Source: Bacteroidales bacterium (GTDB lineage Bacteria; Bacteroidota; Bacteroidia; Bacteroidales; VadinHA17). From it: 39,522 bases of DNA. A program made the position numbers and the translations under genes. The notes below the pieces were generated by a model that was given only the letters and a program-made list of their open reading frames with translations, was not told the origin of the DNA and ran no database searches. Of this stretch, positions 1 to 7,181 are shown piece after piece. Within the stretch, counting starts at the first letter, position 1, and every line of letters starts with the position of its first letter. The DNA lies in the NCBI GenBank assembly GCA_034003165.1, contig JAVEZD010000009.1, positions 1 to 39,522 of the forward strand, written 5' to 3'.

Positions 1-504
1 CTTCCTCTTAATGCTGCCATCTTCCTGGCCTGCTTTCTCTTCTTCCTTGTTTCCCTTCTTGTCACGGGAGGCTTTGCCATTGACGCTACTTCAGGAGCCA
101 TCGTCACCGAAAAACTCAAATACCTCAGAAACTTCCTTGCAATGCCGCTTGTACTTGTACTGTTTCTGGCAGGAGTGACGGGCGTTGTTTATGGTATAGC
201 TTCGGCTGTCTTCGGTAAAGGTACCGGTGGCATATGGTTTAGCGGTGCAGGGACCATACTGGCTGTGTTGTCGCTGTTTATGGTGGCGGGGTTCAACTCA
301 ACACCCTATTACCCGTCATCTTACGATCCGGCCAGCTCACTGACTATCATGAACTCATCCTCAAGCCTCTTTACGCTTAAGACCATGATGTACGTTTCGT
401 TCATCATACCTTTTGTCCTGGTTTATATCTGGTTTGCCTGGAAGGCAATTAATGTCAGTAAGATTACTGAGGAGGAGATGGGGAAGGAGGGACATGTGTA
501 TTAG
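1..504 (+). CDS. cydB: Cytochrome bd ubiquinol oxidase subunit II, C-terminal part (5' end lies outside the window)
   Basis: Frame 1 is open from base 1 to the TAG at 502-504. The product is multi-TM. The C-terminal ...SLTIMNSSSSLFTLKTMMYVSFIIPFVLVYIWFAWK...GHVY closely resembles the conserved CydB C-terminus (SLTIWNASSSQLTLKVM...YTAWCYW...HSLY in E. coli). Confidence 0.9.
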   Translation, partial: LPLNAAIFLACFLFFLVSLLVTGGFAIDATSGAIVTEKLKYLRNFLAMPLVLVLFLAGVTGVVYGIASAVFGKGTGGIWFSGAGTILAVLSLFMVAGFNSTPYYPSSYDPASSLTIMNSSSSLFTLKTMMYVSFIIPFVLVYIWFAWKAINVSKITEEEMGKEGHVY

Positions 505-556
505 GCATGAGGCGTGAGGGGAAGAAAAGGCGTGAGGCGTAAGAAAGGCATAAGGC
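504..556. repeat. Degenerate heptamer array GGCRTRA (ggcatga ggcgtga ... ggcgtga ggcgtaa ... ggcataa) that starts at the cydB stop codon
   Basis: Read directly from the sequence: five GGCRTRA units interrupted by purine runs (gggaagaaaa, gaaa). Confidence 0.7.
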
Positions 557-571
557 TTTAGTCGTGAGACA

Positions 572-606
572 ACAAAAGACAAAAGACAAAAGTAAAAAGT
601 GAAAAC
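572..606. repeat. Heptamer tandem array (ACAAAAG)x3 followed by TAAAAAG and TGAAAAC variants
   Basis: acaaaag acaaaag acaaaag taaaaag tgaaaac, read directly. Confidence 0.85.
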
Positions 607-829
607 CGGAAAAATTGGAAGAGTACAGATGATAGAGGACTAATAAGTTTAAAGTCAAAAGGTTAAAGGTTAAAGTTTAAAGTTTAAAGTGAAGTTGCAA
701 TTAATTATTATGGGAATCGTCAATATTCAGGAGGGGGTCAAACACTGGGCGCAGTCATCCTTAGATTTAGTGTATAAGCAAGATAATTAATCTGTTACAT
801 CTATTTGTGACTTTTGTCTTTTGTCTTTT
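574..829. repeat. Perfect 20-bp inverted repeat pair (574-593 and 810-829) flanking a 216-bp segment
   Basis: aaaagacaaaagacaaaagt (574-593) is the exact reverse complement of acttttgtcttttgtctttt (810-829). There is a mismatch immediately outside both ends. Confidence 0.9.
647..688. repeat. Heptamer tandem array GKTTAAA, about 6 units
   Basis: gtttaaa gtcaaaa ggttaaa ggttaaa gtttaaa gtttaaa, read directly. Confidence 0.8.
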
Positions 830-838
830 ATCTTTTTA
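811..838. repeat. Heptamer tandem array CTTTTGT x2 plus CTTTTAT and CTTTTTA, the opposite-strand counterpart of the 572-599 array
   Basis: cttttgt cttttgt cttttat cttttta, read directly. Confidence 0.85.
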
Positions 839-842
839 CTTT

Positions 843-919
843 GGAACACTGAAACACTGGAACACTGGAAAACTGGAACACTGGAACACTGGAACACTGA
901 AACACTGAAACACTGAAAC
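843..919. repeat. Octamer tandem array GGAACACT / GAAACACT, 9 full units plus a partial tenth
   Basis: ggaacact gaaacact ggaacact ggaaaact ggaacact ggaacact ggaacact gaaacact gaaacact gaaac. The 8-bp period is non-coding. Confidence 0.95.
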
Positions 920-931
920 CCGGTGGTCCGG

Positions 932-1078
932 ATGAAAGAAAAAAATAAAAGAGTAGCCGATATGTATATTACAGCAATTCTTCAGTATCTCATTTGGCCG
1001 GTGTTTATACTGGTTAACTGGTTTGTTATTGACCGGGCTTTGAGATATTATGAGAAAAAGTTTGCCGGGCGCGAATAA
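932..1078 (+). CDS. Candidate small single-pass membrane protein of 48 aa (38 aa from the internal ATG at 962), possibly an accessory subunit of cytochrome bd
   Basis: My own translation (the ORF is below the 60-aa cutoff of the ORF track) gives MKEKNKRVADMYITAILQYLIWPVFILVNWFVIDRALRYYEKKFAGRE, running ATG to TAA. It has one hydrophobic helix flanked by basic residues, lies in the only gap between cydB and the convergent pssA, and is on the same strand as cydB. Confidence 0.35.
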   Translation: MKEKNKRVADMYITAILQYLIWPVFILVNWFVIDRALRYYEKKFAGRE

Positions 1079-1115
1079 AGTCCTGGTGAGTGCTTATGGT
1101 ATTCCGGGAAGTGGT

Positions 1116-1829
1116 TCAGTCTTTAATAAGCAGACTGACGAGGGATGCGACAATATAAAGGGGGATCACAAGGGTGGCAGCCCTGATTCCAAGCACGATG
1201 AAGGCAATAAGTATAAGTGCTGCCATCAGGTACCTCCCCTCATTACCCCTGAACCTCAGATGCTTTGTCTTAAGTGAAAGAAGAGGTATCCTTGTAACCA
1301 TAAGAAGCGAGAGTGTCACTGTTATCAAAGCCATGGCCTGAACAGACGATGTAAGGGCTTTTATGGCATGTGATCCGGTGAGCAGCGATACTATTACCAG
1401 AGATATGACGGCAATGGCATTGGCCGGAGTGGGAAGTCCCCTGAATGATGTGGTCTGTCTGGTGTCGACATTGAATATGGCAAGACGGAGTCCTGCACAC
1501 AAAGGCATGATAACAGGAATGAACAGGAGTATCTGCCGAGTAAGCTGCGGGTAATGTGTTACAGCACCGGCATTTTGTTTCATAATCAAATGGATGATAA
1601 CCGCAGGTGCCACGCCGAAGCTTACCATATCGGCAAGTGAGTCAAGTTCCTTTCCCAATTCAGAATAAGCCCCCAGGAGGCGGGCTGAAAAACCGTCGAG
1701 GAAATCAAAGATCATAGCCGCAAGGATAAGCCAGGAGGCAGTAAGCAGATCGCCGCCCAGGGCATAAAGAATGGCTGTAAATCCCGATATAAGGTTGAGG
1801 GAGGTTATTATGTTGGGTATATGTCTCAT
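1116..1829 (-). CDS. pssA: CDP-diacylglycerol--serine O-phosphatidyltransferase
   Basis: CDP-alcohol phosphatidyltransferase motif DFLDGFSARLLGAYSELGKELDSLAD (DGx2ARx8Gx3Dx3D). The protein is polytopic, its size is typical, and it has an ATG start. Confidence 0.9.
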   Translation of the reverse strand: MRHIPNIITSLNLISGFTAILYALGGDLLTASWLILAAMIFDFLDGFSARLLGAYSELGKELDSLADMVSFGVAPAVIIHLIMKQNAGAVTHYPQLTRQILLFIPVIMPLCAGLRLAIFNVDTRQTTSFRGLPTPANAIAVISLVIVSLLTGSHAIKALTSSVQAMALITVTLSLLMVTRIPLLSLKTKHLRFRGNEGRYLMAALILIAFIVLGIRAATLVIPLYIVASLVSLLIKD

Positions 1830-1926
1830 CGGTAAATTGAAATACTATCAAGGAGGATATCAAAAGTAAGATAAATTTCACTTATAATGTCAATTTGGTT
1901 AAATTTGGGCACAAATTAAAGGATCT

Positions 1927-2379
1927 ATGATAGACCTGACCAACCTTAGGATTGCCGTTGATTTCGACGGGACAATTGTCGAGCATGAATATCCGGAGAT
2001 CGGGAAGGAGAAGCTTTTTGCATTTCAGACTCTTAAGGAACTCGAGAAACGTGGGGCCCTTCTTATTTTATGGACTTTCAGGACAGGACCCGAGCTGGAT
2101 GAGGCTGTTGAGTACTGCAGGAAGAACGGACTCGAGTTTTATGCCGTTAACAGGAATTATCCCGAGGAGAAATATGATGAGGCAGTAAGCCGGAAGATTG
2201 ATGCCGACATCTTTATTGATGACAGGAACATAGGAGGCTTTCCCGGATGGAGTGAGATATGGCAGATCCTTGTCCCTTATGAGCTTCAGAAGAAAGAAGC
2301 AGAGAGAAGGCTGGTGCAGCCCCGGAAAAATATATTTTTGAAACTGTTGGATATAATTCTTAAGCCTGATGAGAACTGA
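1927..2379 (+). CDS. Small HAD-superfamily hydrolase-like protein (BT0820-like)
   Basis: N-terminal DxDxT motif (VDFDGTIVEH) and a late acidic motif (FIDDRN). It is 150 aa. The substrate is unknown. Confidence 0.7.
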   Translation: MIDLTNLRIAVDFDGTIVEHEYPEIGKEKLFAFQTLKELEKRGALLILWTFRTGPELDEAVEYCRKNGLEFYAVNRNYPEEKYDEAVSRKIDADIFIDDRNIGGFPGWSEIWQILVPYELQKKEAERRLVQPRKNIFLKLLDIILKPDEN

Positions 2380-3493
2380 TTTCTTCAGATACATCTTTTT
2401 TACTTCGGTACTGCTTTTTATCGTATGGACCATATCGTGTTCGGGAAGGACAGGGGCAGGAACCGCAGTCCCCTCACCGGAAGTAAACAACTCAGCTCCA
2501 GCAGAGGAGGCCCCTTCATTTGTCACTATGGTTTCGCCTGCAGAGAATGCGGAGTTCAGGACCGGTGACAGGATAGACCTTGTTCTTGAATCAAGGGGAA
2601 GCAACAGGGTTCCTGATTCCGTTTTGGTGTTCTTTGATGGCAAAAAGATAAGCGTTCTTGGCGGTGAGCCCTGGGAGTTCACCATCCCGGCCACTATGAC
2701 CCCGGCCACGGGAAGAAAACCCGTGAAGGTGACTGCCTACAGAGACGGCCGCAGCCAGACACTTACCCGTGTTGTGGTTCTGTTATCGGATAAAGTGCCT
2801 GAGAAAAAGGGTTACAGTGTTGTTAAGAGCTATCCTCATGACAGGGAGGCTTTTACCCAGGGGCTTTTTTTCGATGAGGGTCTGTTTTATGAAGGGACGG
2901 GACAGGAATCAGGATCTTCTCTGAGAGAAGTTGAGCCGGAGACCGGAAAAGTGATAAGGCAGCTTAACCTCGATCCGTCATTGTTCGGCGAGGGGATAAC
3001 ACTTTATGGAGACAGGATTTATCAGGTTACCTGGACCTCCAAAGTGGGCTTTGTTTACAGGAAGTCGGATTTCGGACTTATAAACAGGATCTACTATCAG
3101 ACTCAGGGATGGGGACTTACGACAGTTGACAAGACCATTGTTATGAGTGACGGTTCCAATGTACTTTCGTTTTATGAACCTGAAGGCTTTACCGTAGTGA
3201 GGAGACTTGAGGTTTATGACAACGAAAAGATGGTTGACCAGCTTAACGAGCTCGAATATATAAATGGGGAGATATGGGCAAATGTATGGATGACTGACCT
3301 AATTGCACGGATTGATCCGGTGACGGGTAAGGTCAACTCCTATATCGATCTTGCCGGTCTTTTTCCCGAACAGGCCAGGAGGGAAACAAATGCTGACGTA
3401 CTCAATGGCATTGCATGGGACAGACAGAGCGGCAGGGTCTTTGTCACAGGAAAACGCTGGCCGAATCTTTATGAGATTAAAGTGGCTAATTAA
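2369..3493 (+). CDS. Glutaminyl-peptide cyclotransferase (plant/bacterial beta-propeller type) with a lipoprotein signal and an N-terminal extension
   Basis: Propeller-QC signature stretches YPHDREAFTQGL...YEGTGQ...GEGITL...NELEYINGEIWANVW...LNGIAWD...VTGKRWP. The N-terminus has a lipobox-like IVWTISC. It overlaps the upstream gene by 11 nt. Confidence 0.88.
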   Translation: MRTDFFRYIFFTSVLLFIVWTISCSGRTGAGTAVPSPEVNNSAPAEEAPSFVTMVSPAENAEFRTGDRIDLVLESRGSNRVPDSVLVFFDGKKISVLGGEPWEFTIPATMTPATGRKPVKVTAYRDGRSQTLTRVVVLLSDKVPEKKGYSVVKSYPHDREAFTQGLFFDEGLFYEGTGQESGSSLREVEPETGKVIRQLNLDPSLFGEGITLYGDRIYQVTWTSKVGFVYRKSDFGLINRIYYQTQGWGLTTVDKTIVMSDGSNVLSFYEPEGFTVVRRLEVYDNEKMVDQLNELEYINGEIWANVWMTDLIARIDPVTGKVNSYIDLAGLFPEQARRETNADVLNGIAWDRQSGRVFVTGKRWPNLYEIKVAN

Positions 3494-4418
3494 CCCTTGT
3501 TGAGTAAATAATATTTATTGCTGAAGGTATTATTCTGAATGTGAATGGGTTATGACCCAGTGATTCTCCATCAGCCTCGGCATATAACAACGATTTTGAG
3601 TCGACCGTGAGGTTATTGCTTCTGTAACCGTCAATTTTAGGGTGGCTTAATATGGTTCCATCGTAAAGCAGCTTAAGGTTTCTTATAACCTCGAGCCGGC
3701 CCATCTCCCTTATAACAGTAATATCGAGCAGGCCATCGTCGGGGAGAGCATCGGGAGTCTGTCTCATCCCTCCTCCGCAATATCTGCCATTGCCTACATT
3801 AATTGAAAATATCCTGCCTGAACTCTTTATCCCGTCAATTACCATCTCTACCTGTGTCTTGCGGAACGAGATAAGGCTCATGACAAGGTTAAGAAGGTAG
3901 AGTACTTTATTGCTGCGGCCCTTCTCCTTCTGGCGGTTGGTCTTTTCAACCACCATGGCCTCATAACCTATGCCGGCAATGTTTATAAAGAACCTCTCAT
4001 GTCTAGTCTCCCCCTGATAGTATGATATCACACCAATGTCGTGCATCATCTTCCGCCCTTCACTTATTATGCTTACAGCGCCGGCATATACAAGGGGTAT
4101 CCCGAACATCCTTCCCCAGTCATTGCCAGTACCGACAGGGATCATTCCTATTGTTATATCTGAGGGTCTGCAATAATCCTGGGTGAATATGCCGTTGATT
4201 ATCTCATTCAGGGTTCCGTCACCGCCAATGGATATAAGATTACGGAATCCCTCAGCAACTGCCTGGCGGCTCAGTTCTATGGCATCACCTTTTTTCGTGG
4301 TCATCTTAATCACGGCAGATATACCATGTCTTTCAAAAATACGGGAAATCCTTTTCCAGTCTCTTCCTCCTTTTCCGTTACCGGCGTTGGGGTTCACTAT
4401 TGCGTACCATTTTATCAT
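3486..4418 (-). CDS. Diacylglycerol/lipid kinase, YegS/BmrU family
   Basis: DAGK catalytic-domain motifs GGDGTLNE and PVGTGNDW. It is 310 aa with an ATG start. Confidence 0.9.
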   Translation of the reverse strand: MIKWYAIVNPNAGNGKGGRDWKRISRIFERHGISAVIKMTTKKGDAIELSRQAVAEGFRNLISIGGDGTLNEIINGIFTQDYCRPSDITIGMIPVGTGNDWGRMFGIPLVYAGAVSIISEGRKMMHDIGVISYYQGETRHERFFINIAGIGYEAMVVEKTNRQKEKGRSNKVLYLLNLVMSLISFRKTQVEMVIDGIKSSGRIFSINVGNGRYCGGGMRQTPDALPDDGLLDITVIREMGRLEVIRNLKLLYDGTILSHPKIDGYRSNNLTVDSKSLLYAEADGESLGHNPFTFRIIPSAINIIYSTRVN

Positions 4419-4772
4419 AATATAGTTTTGATTTAAATGGAGGGTTGGAACAGATATATTGATAAAACCATATTGTAAAGTTTTTGAGTCAGCATAACAT
4501 GTGGGTTTATAAGTGTCCTTTTTAATGCAAGTTAAAAAAAGAGGGAGTATATGATGTAAATGAAGGGAAAAAAATGATACTTTGAACAGGTAGAAACAGA
4601 TATCGCAACTAATTTATTAACAATACAATACAGTTCATTGCAGCATCAGTCCATGTTAATAACGTGTTGATAAACCTGCTTCGAATGTTTACAATTACAG
4701 TATGAGGCGCCGGCACTGGTGCATCATATTACTTAAATTTGAAGCTCAAAAATAAATAAACTATAAAATTTT

Positions 4773-5552
4773 ATGGCAAGGATCATAGCTATTGCAAATC
4801 AGAAAGGTGGGGTAGGGAAGACGACTACGGCTATTAATCTGGCTGCCAGTCTGGCTGCACTTGAGAAGAAGGTTCTGATTGTTGACGGGGATCCCCAGGC
4901 CAATGCCACATCGGGCACGGGGCTGGATAACCGTCAGGTGAAGAGTACGATTTATGATTGTCTGATTGATGGCAAGGATCCGGTAGCTGCCATACGTCCT
5001 ACAGGGGTTGACAATATGTTTATTATTCCTTCTAACATAGACCTTGTTGGAGCTGAGATAGAGATGCTTGACAGGCCGGGCAGGGAAAAGATACTTAAGG
5101 GTGTTCTTGAAAAGGTTTCGGATGACTTTGAGTACGTATTGATTGATTGTTCTCCTTCTCTTGGATTGCTTACCGTGAATGCCCTTACAGCGGCGCATTC
5201 TGTAATAATACCTGTACAGTGTGAGTATTTTGCACTTGAAGGTCTGGGCAAGCTCCTTAATACAATAAAGATAATTCAGAATAACCTTAACAGGGATCTT
5301 GAGATAGAGGGTTTTCTGCTAACCATGTTTGATTCGCGGCTCAGGTTATCCAATCAGGTAGCAGAAGAGGTAAACAGGCATTTTCAGCAGATGGTTTTCC
5401 AGACCATCATACAGCGGAATGTTAAGCTTTCCGAAGCTCCCAGTTTTGGTCAGCCGGCAATATTATATGATGCCGACTCAAGAGGAACGGTTAATTATCT
5501 AAGTCTGGCCAAAGAACTTATTGAGAAACTCGAGGTTAAGATAAAAACATGA
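4773..5552 (+). CDS. parA: Chromosome partitioning ATPase ParA/Soj
   Basis: Deviant Walker A motif IANQKGGVGKTTTAINLA. Typical length, and parB lies immediately downstream. Confidence 0.95.
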   Translation: MARIIAIANQKGGVGKTTTAINLAASLAALEKKVLIVDGDPQANATSGTGLDNRQVKSTIYDCLIDGKDPVAAIRPTGVDNMFIIPSNIDLVGAEIEMLDRPGREKILKGVLEKVSDDFEYVLIDCSPSLGLLTVNALTAAHSVIIPVQCEYFALEGLGKLLNTIKIIQNNLNRDLEIEGFLLTMFDSRLRLSNQVAEEVNRHFQQMVFQTIIQRNVKLSEAPSFGQPAILYDADSRGTVNYLSLAKELIEKLEVKIKT

Positions 5553-5581
5553 TCCGGCAGATAAGCGGCCGGGAATAAATA

Positions 5582-6469
5582 ATGACCATGATACAGAAGA
5601 AAGCTTTAGGAAGGGGCCTCGGTGCGTTGATTGATGGAGTTGAGAAGGAGGTCCTGGAGAAGAAAGTAGAAGCAGACATGAATATTGCTGTTGATGCAAT
5701 TGATGCCAACCCTTTTCAGCCAAGGACACATTTTGATGATCAGTCTCTTGGTGAACTTGCTGAATCAATAAAGAAGCTGGGTATAGTTCAGCCCCTGACT
5801 GTACGTGAGATATCCGATGGCAGGTACCAGCTGATTGCCGGCGAAAGAAGACTGAGGGCAGCCCGTCTTGCGGGTCTCAGTCATGTGCCGGCCTTTATCA
5901 GGACTGCTGACGATCAGGCTATGCTTGAGCTTGCCCTGGTTGAAAATATCCAGCGTGAGGATCTGGATGCCGTTGAGGTGGCTATCAGCTTCCAGCGGCT
6001 CATCGAAGAATGCACCCTTACACAGGAAGAGCTTAGCGACCGGGTGGGCAAACAGAGGTCAACGATTGCCAATTATCTCCGTCTTCTTAAGCTCCCTGCC
6101 GAGATACAGTTGGGAATCAGGAAGAAACAACTGATGATGGGTCATGCCAGGGCCCTTATCACTGTTGATGATCCCAAAAAACAGATTGGTCTCTACTACA
6201 AGATAATAGACGGAGAGCTGTCTGTAAGGCAGGCTGAAGAACTTGTAAGGCAGCTCCAGTCGGAGAAAGTGAAGGACCCTGTAAAAATTGAAAAGAAGAA
6301 ACAGCTAAACAACGATTTCAAACAGCTTTCCGATCATCTGAACCGTATCTTCAGTACCAAAGTGAATTTCAGGATCAATGACATGGGAAAGGGTAAAATT
6401 GTTATCCCCTTTGACAATCCGGGGGAGATGGAACGCATTTTGGGAATATTCGACCGGCTCAACTCCTGA
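5582..6469 (+). CDS. parB: Chromosome partitioning protein ParB/Spo0J
   Basis: ParB-box motifs NPFQPR, LIAGERRLRAARLAGL and ENIQREDL. An HTH region follows (TQEELSDRVGKQRSTIANYLRLL). Confidence 0.95.
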   Translation: MTMIQKKALGRGLGALIDGVEKEVLEKKVEADMNIAVDAIDANPFQPRTHFDDQSLGELAESIKKLGIVQPLTVREISDGRYQLIAGERRLRAARLAGLSHVPAFIRTADDQAMLELALVENIQREDLDAVEVAISFQRLIEECTLTQEELSDRVGKQRSTIANYLRLLKLPAEIQLGIRKKQLMMGHARALITVDDPKKQIGLYYKIIDGELSVRQAEELVRQLQSEKVKDPVKIEKKKQLNNDFKQLSDHLNRIFSTKVNFRINDMGKGKIVIPFDNPGEMERILGIFDRLNS

Positions 6470-6534
6470 AAATATTTATATTTGTCCACCGTTATATCGT
6501 TGCCGTAGGTCTAACGACGGTTTTTTTATTTGTA

Positions 6535-7173
6535 TTGAGAACGATTTATAAAATAGTAATTATTCTCATCCTGCAATTATTATCCTTTCAACAGGTCATT
6601 TTTGCTCAGGATACTACAGACGTTTCAGGTATCTCCCGGCGTTTATCATTCAGTGCCGACCCTATGAAGGCAACCATGCTTGCTGTTTCATTTCCGGGAC
6701 TGGGGCAGGTATATAACAGGAAATACTGGAAGATACCCATTGTATATGCCGGCTTTGGTGCACTGGTTTATGCTATTGGCTTCAATACCTCACACTATAA
6801 TGATTTTATGAGGGCTTATCAGGATTTTACTGATAAGATACCTGAGACAACAAGTTATATGGGGTATGTAAAGGGCATTGATCCCTCGCAGTATGACCCG
6901 GTGTTGCATCCTGCGACATATGATCCTTCTTCGGCCTCATGGGTTGAAGACGGCTTACTCCTGAGGGTTGATTCATACAAAAGATACAGGGATCTTTCGT
7001 ATATTGGGATCGCGGTATGGTATCTCATCACAGTGCTTGATGCAAACGTTGATGCCAGCCTGTTTAATTTTGACGTTAGTGACAATCTGGATCTTGCCCT
7101 GGTACCGGTAAAACTGCCGGCGGCCGGGACCCTTGGTGCCGGATTTAATGTAAGTCTTAAATTGAATTTTTAA
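6535..7173 (+). CDS. DUF5683-family membrane/secreted protein
   Basis: Signal peptide ending FAQD, and the motif SFPGLGQVYNRKYWKIPIVYAGFG typical of the Bacteroidota protein encoded after parB. The start in the ORF track is TTG, so the start is uncertain. Confidence 0.75.
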   Translation: MRTIYKIVIILILQLLSFQQVIFAQDTTDVSGISRRLSFSADPMKATMLAVSFPGLGQVYNRKYWKIPIVYAGFGALVYAIGFNTSHYNDFMRAYQDFTDKIPETTSYMGYVKGIDPSQYDPVLHPATYDPSSASWVEDGLLLRVDSYKRYRDLSYIGIAVWYLITVLDANVDASLFNFDVSDNLDLALVPVKLPAAGTLGAGFNVSLKLNF

Positions 7174-7181
7174 AACTTTAA

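Noticed and set aside
710-790. 26-aa ORF (MGIVNIQEGVKHWAQSSLDLVYKQDN) inside the segment bounded by the inverted repeat
   Set aside because: It is too short, and it has no hydrophobic segment or recognisable motif. Nothing distinguishes it from a chance ORF.
504-919. Possibility that the tandem arrays form a CRISPR array
   Set aside because: The repeat periods are only 7-8 bp with no unique spacers between units, and no cas genes are present.
1050-1277. 75-aa plus-strand ORF after the small TM ORF
   Set aside because: It overlaps the 3' end of the well-supported pssA gene on the opposite strand and has no motif support.
2068-2709. 213-aa minus-strand ORF spanning the HAD-like and cyclase genes. 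Similar long antisense ORFs lie at 4761-5198, 12173-12733, 14395-15078 and 25055-25501.
   Set aside because: Each lies entirely antisense to a CDS with strong family motifs. Their translations are low-complexity (Ser/Leu/Pro/Arg-rich) with no recognisable domains. They are typical shadow ORFs.
4419-4772. AT-rich 354-bp region upstream of parA as a possible replication origin
   Set aside because: I found no cluster of DnaA boxes (TTATCCACA/TGTGGATAA). Only weak partial matches such as tgtgggttt are present. No dnaA or dnaN gene is adjacent.
4773-6540. Canonical parS site (TGTTTCACGTGAAACA) in or near parAB
   Set aside because: I could not find a CACGTG-centred match by eye in this region, so no parS is called. 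A proper pattern search with mismatches allowed would be needed.
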